Below are positions 17,929 through 25,423 of a stretch of DNA of 43,643 nucleotides, piece after piece. The position numbers were made by a program, and so were the translations under genes. Source of the stretch: a virus. The notes beneath the pieces are model-generated. The model had not been told where the DNA came from. It saw only the letters and a program-made list of their open reading frames with translations, and did not search any database. How positions within the stretch are numbered: position 1 is the stretch's first letter; every line of letters starts with the position of its first letter. The stretch spans positions 1-43,643 of the IMG/VR virus record IMGVR_UViG_3300045988_006838, one strand, 5' to 3'.

Positions 17929-18191
17929 TACACATTTGGCTCTTTGCGCTCTCCGTAGCTACAAAAGTCTGTGGGGTTTCTGCGCGGCGTCAAGCTTCCG
18001 CACACCACATAGCGGCTAAAGCAAAAACCATCGTCCCTCGTTCCTTTTTCCCAAAAAATGCAGTCCTTGCACAAAACTACGGCAGGCGAGACTTTCATTA
18101 TCGCAGTCAACCCATCAACATCTACGTTGCGGTTGCTTGCAACAATAGCGTCAATTGCGTCTTGCTTCTTGATATATTCAATTTTTTTCAT
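17928..18191 (-). CDS. Hypothetical Cys-rich protein, paralogue of 18790..19023
   Basis: 87 aa; shares ...CKDC...DFCSYGERKE C-terminal signature with the other copy. Confidence 0.55.
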   Translation of the reverse strand: MKKIEYIKKQDAIDAIVASNRNVDVDGLTAIMKVSPAVVLCKDCIFWEKGTRDDGFCFSRYVVCGSLTPRRNPTDFCSYGERKEPNV

Positions 18192-18776
18192 TTACACTTC
18201 CTCAAAATACTTTACATCTCCGATACTGCAAACGTAAATCTGCCCCTCGTGGTATTCGCTGTGTCCGGCGATCTGGGGATTATAAAACACCGTCGCATTG
18301 CCGATGTCGGTAAATGTCTCACCGTACACAAACACCTCGCAAAAGGCGTTTCGCGCCGCGTCAGACACCCAGCTTGCCGGGGTGGTATACTGATACTCCC
18401 TGCATACGTCCTCCGGCGTGTAGCGGTTCCTGTGGCGATTGCAAGCGTTAAGCAGGGCTTGTACAATGCCACGGCATTGGTCGGCATCGTTCCCCGCTTC
18501 TGCGGTGACGATCTGGAGAACTCGCGTCACGTCGTAGCCGAATGTCTCAAACTCCCGGTCTGTGCCGATGGCGGCAATCACCGCCTCCGCGCTTTTCTCC
18601 GCTTCGTCCGGGGCTTCGTATGCTTCTTCGTGTGGGCCGCCCTCGATCACCAGAATCGTGCGCTCCTCGCGCTCCGGCTCCTTTGCAGAAAAGCCGGTCA
18701 GCACCACCAGCGCCGCCGCCAGTATCAGCAGCACCCACGCTGCGGCGATAATGCGGTCATTTGTCGTTGGTTTCAT
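18192..18776 (-). CDS. Membrane-anchored cell-wall hydrolase, SleB/CwlJ-like domain
   Basis: ATG 18776 (track start is an extension); N-terminal TM (IIAAAWVLLILAAALVVL); ...VTAEAGNDADQCRGIVQALLNACNRHRNRY... resembles the Hydrolase_2 signature. Confidence 0.45.
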   Translation of the reverse strand: MKPTTNDRIIAAAWVLLILAAALVVLTGFSAKEPEREERTILVIEGGPHEEAYEAPDEAEKSAEAVIAAIGTDREFETFGYDVTRVLQIVTAEAGNDADQCRGIVQALLNACNRHRNRYTPEDVCREYQYTTPASWVSDAARNAFCEVFVYGETFTDIGNATVFYNPQIAGHSEYHEGQIYVCSIGDVKYFEEV

Positions 18777-18789
18777 TTGTTTTATGACG

Positions 18790-19023
18790 CTATTCCTCCT
18801 TTCTCTCACCGTATGAGCAGAAATCGTCATACCCGCTGGCAACCATCCGACAAGCGTATGTTTTGAACTTGCGGCAATCGCGGCACCGCACCACTGACTC
18901 CACATCGGCCGGAAACATATCCGCAAGCGCACGTTTGGCATCCGTCATAGTCGCCGTGGGCTTTGTCACTTCTATATGGGTCAGCCGCGCAATCGCTACA
19001 GACTGGTCAATGTACTTCGCCAT
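18790..19023 (-). CDS. Hypothetical Cys-rich protein, paralogue of 17928..18191
   Basis: ATG 19023 with GGGAGGTGGAG RBS; ...VVRCRDCRKF...DFCSYGERKEE. Confidence 0.55.
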   Translation of the reverse strand: MAKYIDQSVAIARLTHIEVTKPTATMTDAKRALADMFPADVESVVRCRDCRKFKTYACRMVASGYDDFCSYGERKEE

Positions 19024-19172
19024 CACTCCACCTCCCTAATCTCGTCCTCGCCGAACTCCACGCCGTCATTGATACACTCCAAGACGCTTTCAACAAAGGC
19101 CTCATCGGCACAGGCGTTTAGGTACCTGATAACCTCGTTGGCTAATTGCATGATGGTTTGTTTACTGCTCAT
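19023..19172 (-). CDS. Small acidic protein (49 aa), not in ORF track
   Basis: ATGA overlap with MazG-like stop, TGATG overlap with next start; MSSKQTIMQLANEVIRYLNACADEAFVESVLECINDGVEFGEDEIREVE. Confidence 0.45.
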   Translation of the reverse strand: MSSKQTIMQLANEVIRYLNACADEAFVESVLECINDGVEFGEDEIREVE

Positions 19173-19450
19173 CGCCTCACCTCCTCAATCCGCCCCACCA
19201 GCCGCTCCAATTTGTACCGGCAGAATGTCTCCACCTGTCCCGCGCAGTCGAACAGCATCACCATCTGCTGAAGCATGATCTGCACGTCGGCGATCTCCTC
19301 CGCAATGTGGGTGGTGTTCTCCTGCCCTCTGCTGTTTTTGCAAAGCTCCTTTGTCAGCTCGCTCATTTCCTCGATGGCCATTGTCACCTGTAATTCCTTC
19401 CCGAAGGTTTCCAGCGCCGCCTGACAAATTGCGTTATCGTCTAGCATCAT
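19169..19450 (-). CDS. MazG-like nucleotide pyrophosphohydrolase (small all-alpha type)
   Basis: 93 aa; ...MAIEEMSELTKELCK...HIAEEIADVQIMLQQM... matches the EExxE...EE(I/L)ADV metal-binding pattern. Confidence 0.6.
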   Translation of the reverse strand: MMLDDNAICQAALETFGKELQVTMAIEEMSELTKELCKNSRGQENTTHIAEEIADVQIMLQQMVMLFDCAGQVETFCRYKLERLVGRIEEVRR

Positions 19451-20307
19451 TTTGCGGTCACCACCGTATCAGCGCCCTGTACAGTCACCCAGCCATGCTT
19501 GAGACGCGCCTCCGCTTCCTTCATCTGGATTAGCTCCGGCGTAATGGATTCCGCAATGGTCTTGTTGGATTCTGCCTCAGCTTCCGCCTCAATGATCTTT
19601 ACAGCAGCCTCAGATTCAGCGATAACGCGATTTGTTTCCGCCTGCGCTTCCGCCGTCTGTTTGGCAAGTTCTGCGATCTCTGCATCCTGCTTGGCCTGCT
19701 CTTTTGCCCGTACCTTTTCCTGCAATGCAGAATCCAGTTCCACGTCAATGATCAGGGCGCTGGACACGTTGATACCATACTCTGTACTGAGTTTCTCATT
19801 CAGGTAGTCGGTAATAGCCTTGTTTACCTCCGACTTTTTGTCGGAATAGATGTCCATAACGGAGAATCTGGGGGTAACTTCCTTCACATAGGCGATAATG
19901 CTGTTCTGCACGCGACCCTCTACAATGGCCTCTCCGTCCATGCCGTTAAATTTCTCGTACAGGCTCACCACGCGGTCAGGCAGGAAATTGTAGTTGACCG
20001 TCAGATTAATGCCCACCATGCCGCCGTTGGCAGTGGCATCAATATGCCAATCTGCATGTTCGTCTGTGTTGTAGTCAGATGGATCGTCGGAAAAAACAAT
20101 CTGCTGCTGACTAACGGGAAACTGCTTGACGTGCTTCAATGGTGATAGCCAATGCCAGCCCTGTGTCAGCGTGTTTTGCTCCACGCCCTTTGCGGAATAC
20201 ACAACGCCCACATAGCCCACCTTGATTCTTGTCAGGCAGATGATGCAGAAAACAGCAACAAGCACCGCCAGCACGGCGGAAACAGCAATAGCGATACCTT
20301 TTTTCAT
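19447..20307 (-). CDS. SPFH / band-7 (prohibitin/HflKC-like) membrane protein
   Basis: 286 aa; N-terminal TM; ...IKVGYVGVVYS...; C-terminal Ala/Glu-rich coiled coil (AKEQAKQDAEIAELAKQTAEAQAE). Confidence 0.8.
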   Translation of the reverse strand: MKKGIAIAVSAVLAVLVAVFCIICLTRIKVGYVGVVYSAKGVEQNTLTQGWHWLSPLKHVKQFPVSQQQIVFSDDPSDYNTDEHADWHIDATANGGMVGINLTVNYNFLPDRVVSLYEKFNGMDGEAIVEGRVQNSIIAYVKEVTPRFSVMDIYSDKKSEVNKAITDYLNEKLSTEYGINVSSALIIDVELDSALQEKVRAKEQAKQDAEIAELAKQTAEAQAETNRVIAESEAAVKIIEAEAEAESNKTIAESITPELIQMKEAEARLKHGWVTVQGADTVVTAK

Positions 20308-20390
20308 GACTTTTTACCTCCAAAAATGTTATAAATTACGACAAACGATACGCCAAATACAGTGATGAATAGTGTGATGATCTCTTTCAT
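20304..20390 (-). CDS. 28-aa single-TM micropeptide, not in ORF track
   Basis: RBS GGAGGGAAAAAG; MKEIITLFITVFGVSFVVIYNIFGGKKS; ATGA overlaps at both ends (translational coupling to SPFH gene). Confidence 0.45.
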   Translation of the reverse strand: MKEIITLFITVFGVSFVVIYNIFGGKKS

Positions 20391-20641
20391 CTTTTTCCCT
20401 CCGGCGTACTTAACGCCGCCAGATTAAACCGCAGCCCCTCATTGGCCTGCCGCAGCCCCTCATTGGCCTGCCGCAGCGCCTCTATCTCCCGCTGCTGGTT
20501 CTCGATCAGGTCAGCGGCAGCAAACTGCAATTCACTTTCGCAATCATCGCCCGCCGCAGGGCACTCTGTACAGTGTTCGCAAGAATCTTCACCGTTAAAT
20601 GCACAGCACCGCAGCGCGGTCACGATCTCATCTCTTGTCAT
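20387..20641 (-). CDS. Hypothetical Cys-rich / coiled-coil protein
   Basis: ATG 20641 with GGGGAGGAA RBS; CCAFNGEDSCEHCTECP...; contains a 21-bp x2 tandem duplication (20431..20472) encoding LRQANEG LRQANEG. Confidence 0.55.
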   Translation of the reverse strand: MTRDEIVTALRCCAFNGEDSCEHCTECPAAGDDCESELQFAAADLIENQQREIEALRQANEGLRQANEGLRFNLAALSTPEGKR

Positions 20642-20642
20642 G

Positions 20643-22449
20643 TCATTCCTCCCCAACCCATCTTTTTGTCACCGCGATGGGGAACGGCTCGATCTCGCTT
20701 GCCCACCGCGCCGTGCCTTTGCCGTGTATCCGCTCCCAGATCAGCGGGAACCCTCCGATGCCATCAAATAAGCTACCCAGCGTCGCGTCCTCCGGCAGAT
20801 ACCGCGCCATGCGCCGCAGCATCCAGTCCCAGAAGGGCAGGGCGATGGAGTTGCCCAGCGCCTTGTACCGTGGGCTGTCCGCACTTCCTTTCACTTTTAT
20901 TTCGCGCCCGCGTTTATCTGTTTTAACCCAATCCCCAATATCCGTCCATCCGTCTGGGAATCCTTGCAGCCGTTCGCATTCCATCGGTGTCAGGCGGCGC
21001 ACCACCATGTGCGTGATGGCAAGATCTGTGCTATCCTTAAAGTCCCGTTGCTTGCAACTGCTTGCAACCTCGGCGGCGCGGTAATATCCAAACCCGTTCA
21101 TCTGGTATGTAAGCGGCACTTGGTTTCCGCCCGTGCCCATCCTCGCCTGCAAACTGGGTGCCTGCTCCCCACACTCGCGGATGACGTCACAGGCGTGTGT
21201 CATGTCCAGCGCCACCACTGCGGGCTTATTCCCGCCGCACTCTGCGTTCAGTGTAGGAGACAGTTCCTCTTGATAGCCGATGCTCCGCGCCTGTTCACTA
21301 TTGCCCAGCTTAAACCCGGCGCACAATACGCTGTCCCGTGCCATGCCGCCGTTCTCGTTGGCGTTCAGGCTGTGCCATGCGCCATCCTGATCGTACACCC
21401 GCGCACTCTGCGCGTCCCACGGATTCATGCACATTACCCCGTGGCGGTCGCCAGCGGTCAGTGTAGGAGACGGGTCGCCCTCTTTCCCAATGCCAAGACC
21501 GTTGCCGCTTCCATCGTGGTTGCGGCTTTCTCCGCCGCCCTGCCATCTGGTGGCTTTGTCGTTGATGGGAATTGCCGTTGCAAATACGCCGTGCGAATGT
21601 GCGGCAGAAATGGTGTTCGCTGGGTCGCCCGGTTCTCCTACGCCAAATCCTGTTCCGCGCCCTAACGCTTTGCAGCGCGTAGCCACCATCAGGTTTATAG
21701 GCGTGGGCGTAAAAATCGCCTGGTCATTGCCCGTACCCAGCGTTCCGCTTTTCTCTGTCTGCACTAACGCGCCTTTTCCTCCTCCGTCACAGCCCCCCCT
21801 GATGCGGACTGCATAAGAAGCACCGCTTTCAGCCGCTCCGGCAGATCCTTCCCCCGCCGCTCCACTCTCCGCAGGATGCCCAGACACGCTTTCGCGGTCA
21901 AATTGTATTTGGGCAGCGGATTCTCCTCCAAAATCTGCGACAACCGAGATTCTTCGGCGACGCTGTGGCGTCCCCAGACGGATAACATTTCCTGTACGGC
22001 TGTCTCGGATGGTTTTTCCCCAGTCCTTAGCGTCGTGAGTTCGCCAAGCGATAGACCACCCATCACCGTCAATGGCTCCTGCTTTTGTCCATTTCCACTT
22101 TTTCGGCAGTCCAGATAAAGAAAATCCTGGTTCTGCGATACGCGCAATTTCTTCCAGCACGGCGTGGAAGTCTTTTCCTCTGTTGCTGCTGAATGCTCCG
22201 ACCACGTTTTCCCAAACGAGAAACCGAGGTCGGACCATGTCACCTGTCCGTCCATTCCGTTTGTCCTCCGCTCTCATTTCTTTTACGATGCGCACCTGCT
22301 CCATAAACAAGCCGCTTCGCGCTCCCGCCAGTCCGGCGCGTTTTCCGGCGATGGATAGATCCTGTCTAACAAGGTGAACCACCTGTAATACACCAAATGG
22401 GTTCAATCTCTTCCCCATTTATTTTCGTAATATCGCCTAAATGTTTCAC
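20643..22449 (-). pseudogene. dcm: Cytosine-5 DNA methyltransferase, circularly permuted and multi-TRD, split by a 4-nt insertion/TAG at motif IV
   Basis: 27-codon ORF 22449..22366 (GAGGTGA RBS, GTG; MKHLGDITKINGEEIEPIWCITGGSPC-TAG), then +1 frame QDLSIAGKR, FLVWENVVG (VI), GTPQRRRR (VIII), long Gly-rich TRD region, RRLTPMECERLQGFPDGW (IX), YKALGNSIALPF (X), then LGSLFDGIGGF (I) and WASEIEPFP (II) at the C-terminus. Confidence 0.75.
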
Positions 22450-22461
22450 CTAAATCACCTC

Positions 22462-22737
22462 CTAATCTCCAAACACCACGCCGCACTCGTCCTTCAGCAC
22501 GTCCTTGATGTGCTTGCGCTTGATGCGGCCTTCGTTGATCTCCTCTGCCAGCTTTTCCAGGCACTCATACAGATACGCGATGCTCTGCGTGTCCCGGCTG
22601 TCCGCTGTCTCCTCTTGGACGTGCCAGCCGCATTTGTCCATCAGCACCATCGCCACCATGTCCATATTCTCCCGTGTGCCTTGCAGCTTGCCACGCATGA
22701 AAATGCGGTCATCCCTGCTCAAATGCTGTTTACCCAT
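22462..22737 (-). CDS. Hypothetical protein
   Basis: 91 aa; RBS GAGGTATTGAG; ends with TAG stop. Confidence 0.55.
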   Translation of the reverse strand: MGKQHLSRDDRIFMRGKLQGTRENMDMVAMVLMDKCGWHVQEETADSRDTQSIAYLYECLEKLAEEINEGRIKRKHIKDVLKDECGVVFGD

Positions 22738-22738
22738 C

Positions 22739-23812
22739 TCAATACCTCACTCCGATGTAGTCCAGCACCCGCGCATAACCAAGACCGTCTTTCGTGGGCT
22801 TCCACAGCCCATCCGTGTCGAACGCACCACCGCCGATGCAGAACTGGTAGTGCTTCGGGTGCGTCAGTTTCATGCGTTCAAAGCGGTTGACGCCCTTTTC
22901 GAGGTGCGCACCGAACGCGCAAAACATACAGCCCGTCCTCTGGCATCCTGTGCAGTGCAGCTTGCAGTCGATCAGCGTCGCGCCGTAGTCGTTCTCGCCG
23001 TCGCTGGCCACAATGTCGCCGTACACGCTGGCGTATGGGAGTTGGTTGTCCACGATAAACCGCAGCACGTCTTGCCCCGTCCAAAAACTCATGGGCTTAG
23101 ATAAGGGGCGCTTCCCTTCAAAGGCGTTGCAGCCGGTTTCGCGCCATTTTTGCATCCGCAGAAGACTTTCCTCCGCCATTGTTGCCGTCGTGGGCTTGAC
23201 ACCCGCTCGGTGCTCATAGCTCTTTGATGGGGACTTTTTCATAATTTCACAACACTTGTCTGATATGAGGAATGGAGCTGAAAGCAAATACTCCCACTTT
23301 TCGCAGTTGTACATACTCTTTTCGCCATCTGAACGCAAGACTTCCCCACGCAAGAGTTTCATGCTACGACTTTCTGGTGATCGCCGCGCAGTTTCAATTC
23401 TGTGCGCCACATTCTTTCCTACGATGCTGTACCCGTACTTCCGCACCACCTGCCGAACGTTCATCTTCGGACGCAGGCGGTGGAGGTTGACGGTCACGCG
23501 CGGGAACTCGCGCCGCAGCCAGTCCGCGTATGTGTTCACAAATTTCTGGATTTCCGGGTATTCCAGCCCCGTGTTCACAAACACCAAGTTCAGCTCCCAC
23601 GGCGGTGTCCTGAAGCTCGACAGATACCGCGCCGCCAGATACGCCAGCACCGTGCTGTCCTTGCCGCCGGAGAAACTGACGTAGCACTGTCCGCCCCATG
23701 CGGTGTACCATTCGTCCAGTTTTTCGTAGGTCAGTATCTCCTTGTCCTGCACGTCCAGCGCCATCAGTTTCTTCGCCGCTTCATTCGTCAGCGGCTGATT
23801 TATCGGCAGCAT
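22739..23812 (-). CDS. PAPS-reductase-family PP-loop enzyme (DndC/IbrA/BrxP-like) with C-terminal Cys cluster
   Basis: 357 aa; SFSGGKDS PP-loop; C-terminal CKLHCTGCQRTGCMFCAFG cluster. Confidence 0.75.
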   Translation of the reverse strand: MLPINQPLTNEAAKKLMALDVQDKEILTYEKLDEWYTAWGGQCYVSFSGGKDSTVLAYLAARYLSSFRTPPWELNLVFVNTGLEYPEIQKFVNTYADWLRREFPRVTVNLHRLRPKMNVRQVVRKYGYSIVGKNVAHRIETARRSPESRSMKLLRGEVLRSDGEKSMYNCEKWEYLLSAPFLISDKCCEIMKKSPSKSYEHRAGVKPTTATMAEESLLRMQKWRETGCNAFEGKRPLSKPMSFWTGQDVLRFIVDNQLPYASVYGDIVASDGENDYGATLIDCKLHCTGCQRTGCMFCAFGAHLEKGVNRFERMKLTHPKHYQFCIGGGAFDTDGLWKPTKDGLGYARVLDYIGVRY

Positions 23813-24804
23813 TACTCAGCCTCCACCAACTTGCCCTTTACCAGCTTATACCAAGTGTCCGCTCTGATGTCCGTGCCGTCTACGACAAACGCTTTCCACT
23901 CTTTGATGTCCCAATTGTCCGCGTTTTCCTCACAGATCACCAGCACAGCACCAAGACCGCCTTTAATCTTCACATCGTTACCGCGAACAAGGCCGCATCC
24001 ATTTTCGCCAACAGAAACAGATCCTTTTGCGGTGGCTGCGCCGCTATCGCCTGCGGTGGCTGCGCCGCTATCGCCTGCGGTGGCTGCGCCGTAAGCGCCT
24101 GCGGTGGCTGCGCCGCTAACGCCTGCGGTGGCTGCGCCGCGATAGCCTGCGGTGGCTGCGCCGCGATAGCCTGCGGTGGCTGCGCCGTAAGCGCCTGCGG
24201 TGGCTGCGCCGCTATCGCCTGCGGTGGCTGCGCCGCGATAGCCTGCGGTGGCTGCGCCGCTAACGCCTGCGGTGGCTGCGCCGCTATCGCCTGCGGTGGC
24301 TGCGCCGTAAGCGCCTGCGGTGGCTGCGCCGCTAACGCCTGCGGTGGCTGCGCCGCGATAGCCTGCGGTGGCTGCGCCGCGATAGCCTGCGGTGGCTGCG
24401 CCGCTATCGCCTGCGGTGGCTGCGCCGCTATCGCCTGCGGTGGCTGCGCCGTAAGCGCCTGCGGTGGCTGCTTTCTGGTCGGTATGTTCCATTGTGGTAT
24501 GCGCCTTGACGTACTCAACGTGAGCCTTTACCAGACCGGGAATGCCGATCTCCGCGCCCACCGTAAGCTTCTTGGCAACGCGCTTGCTATCATCTCCACG
24601 TTCGTCGCTCACGCCGTCCATTTCCACTTCGCAATACCGGCTTCCTTCGCCGGGCGCGTAATATCTGAACACATCCAACGGCGCTTCACAAGCGTGCAAG
24701 CCCTGATTGCACAGCTTCACTTTGTCAACTTCCTGCGTGCCGCCGATCTCATACTGCAAACCTCTGCACTGCAAATTCTTGTCAAAACCCTTGTAAGCTT
24801 TCAT
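23812..24804 (-). CDS. Repeat protein: conserved phage N-terminal module (KAYKGFDKNLQCRGLQYE...GLHACEAPLDVFRYY) plus 18 x 8-aa AATAGxxG repeats plus C-terminal domain
   Basis: 330 aa; RBS TAAGGAGAA; repeats differ only in a dipeptide drawn from AY/DS/YR/VS. Confidence 0.75.
   Translation of the reverse strand: MKAYKGFDKNLQCRGLQYEIGGTQEVDKVKLCNQGLHACEAPLDVFRYYAPGEGSRYCEVEMDGVSDERGDDSKRVAKKLTVGAEIGIPGLVKAHVEYVKAHTTMEHTDQKAATAGAYGAATAGDSGAATAGDSGAATAGYRGAATAGYRGAATAGVSGAATAGAYGAATAGDSGAATAGVSGAATAGYRGAATAGDSGAATAGAYGAATAGYRGAATAGYRGAATAGVSGAATAGAYGAATAGDSGAATAGDSGAATAKGSVSVGENGCGLVRGNDVKIKGGLGAVLVICEENADNWDIKEWKAFVVDGTDIRADTWYKLVKGKLVEAE
24029..24471. repeat. 18.5 tandem copies of a 24-bp unit gcggtggctgcgcc[NNNNNN]gcct
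   Basis: The 18 invariant nt are identical in every copy; the variable hexamer is one of gctatc, gtaagc, gctaac, gcgata. Confidence 0.95.
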
Positions 24805-24816
24805 TTTTCATTCTCC

Positions 24817-25191
24817 TTATCGATATCTTCTTGCTGAAATCTCCGTAATGGCATAGCCGTATCTGGCGTGAAACATTCGGGCCTTGATAGAGTAGCTTTC
24901 AGTCCTTACCCCCTTCACGTCCTCGGTGACGCGGAGCCAGCAAATGTTGCCATACCTGTCCGGCGCGGTTTTGCGCTCATAGTCAAAATCTGCCTTGTAG
25001 TCCACGCCAAGCACACGCTGCCCGTCCAGCCCGGTAAACGGCTCCTGCAAGCAGTATGTTTTCTGCAACTGCAAGTTCCTGATCTGACCGGCACGCAGCA
25101 GCAAAATCAACTCATCATACCTCCGTGCTTCTGCCTGAGAATCAAACGTCAGGTTGCCGCGTTTGGCCTTTTTCGCGTTGTACTTACCCAC
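24817..25191 (-). CDS. DUF1064-family protein (putative PD-(D/E)XK / resolvase-like)
   Basis: GTG 25191 with AAAGGGGG RBS preferred over track ATG 25221; (M)GKYNAKKAKRGNLTFDSQAEARRYDELILL...LQLQ matches the typical DUF1064 N-terminus. Confidence 0.6.
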   Translation of the reverse strand: MGKYNAKKAKRGNLTFDSQAEARRYDELILLLRAGQIRNLQLQKTYCLQEPFTGLDGQRVLGVDYKADFDYERKTAPDRYGNICWLRVTEDVKGVRTESYSIKARMFHARYGYAITEISARRYR

Positions 25192-25423
25192 GCTCCAGCC
25201 CCCTTTCCCGAAATCCTTCATAGTTGAAGATATACCGCCGCTCCTTCGTCATGCGGCGCTGCTGCCCGCAGCGTTGGCAGATACCCGGCTCCCACCGATC
25301 TTTTGACGGGTCGAAACGCTGTTCCCGCGTGGGCTGAACGATGTTGTTATCCTTCTCCAGCTCTCCGATGCATACAGGGCAAAGGCGCTTGGTATGTATC
25401 TGGTTGGCTTGGTCAAATGTCAT
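25184..25423 (-). CDS. Small zinc-ribbon protein
   Basis: ATG 25423 with GGAGGGAAG RBS (track start is an extension); CPVC...CQRC. Confidence 0.5.
   Translation of the reverse strand: MTFDQANQIHTKRLCPVCIGELEKDNNIVQPTREQRFDPSKDRWEPGICQRCGQQRRMTKERRYIFNYEGFRERGLERG

Noticed and set aside
22365-22368. TAG at the methyltransferase catalytic motif as evidence for stop-codon reassignment or suppression by the odd tRNA-like gene, including quadruplet UAGA decoding
   Set aside because: TAG is used as a normal stop elsewhere (ends of 22462..22737, 18790..19023 and the 44-aa ORF). Reading TAG as an amino acid does not restore the downstream frame. The tRNA-like loop region contains neither CUA nor UCUA.
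24029-24471. Regular 24-bp repeat array could be mistaken for a CRISPR array
   Set aside because: The units are contiguous with no spacers (period 24 bp). They lie in frame inside a 330-aa ORF with an RBS, and no cas genes or leader are present. It is a coding tandem repeat.
23812-24804. Diversity-generating retroelement or shufflon as the source of the four-state variable hexamers
   Set aside because: No reverse transcriptase, template repeat or invertase is present anywhere in the genome. The variation is between tandem copies rather than between a template and a variable region.
23698-24837. Long alternative-frame ORFs over the repeat (379 aa on plus, 182 aa on minus 23970..24518)
   Set aside because: They are by-products of a stop-free repeat unit (CGGCAAIA... 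and QPPQAIAA... translations). They have no RBS, and they conflict with the well-supported 23812..24804 gene.
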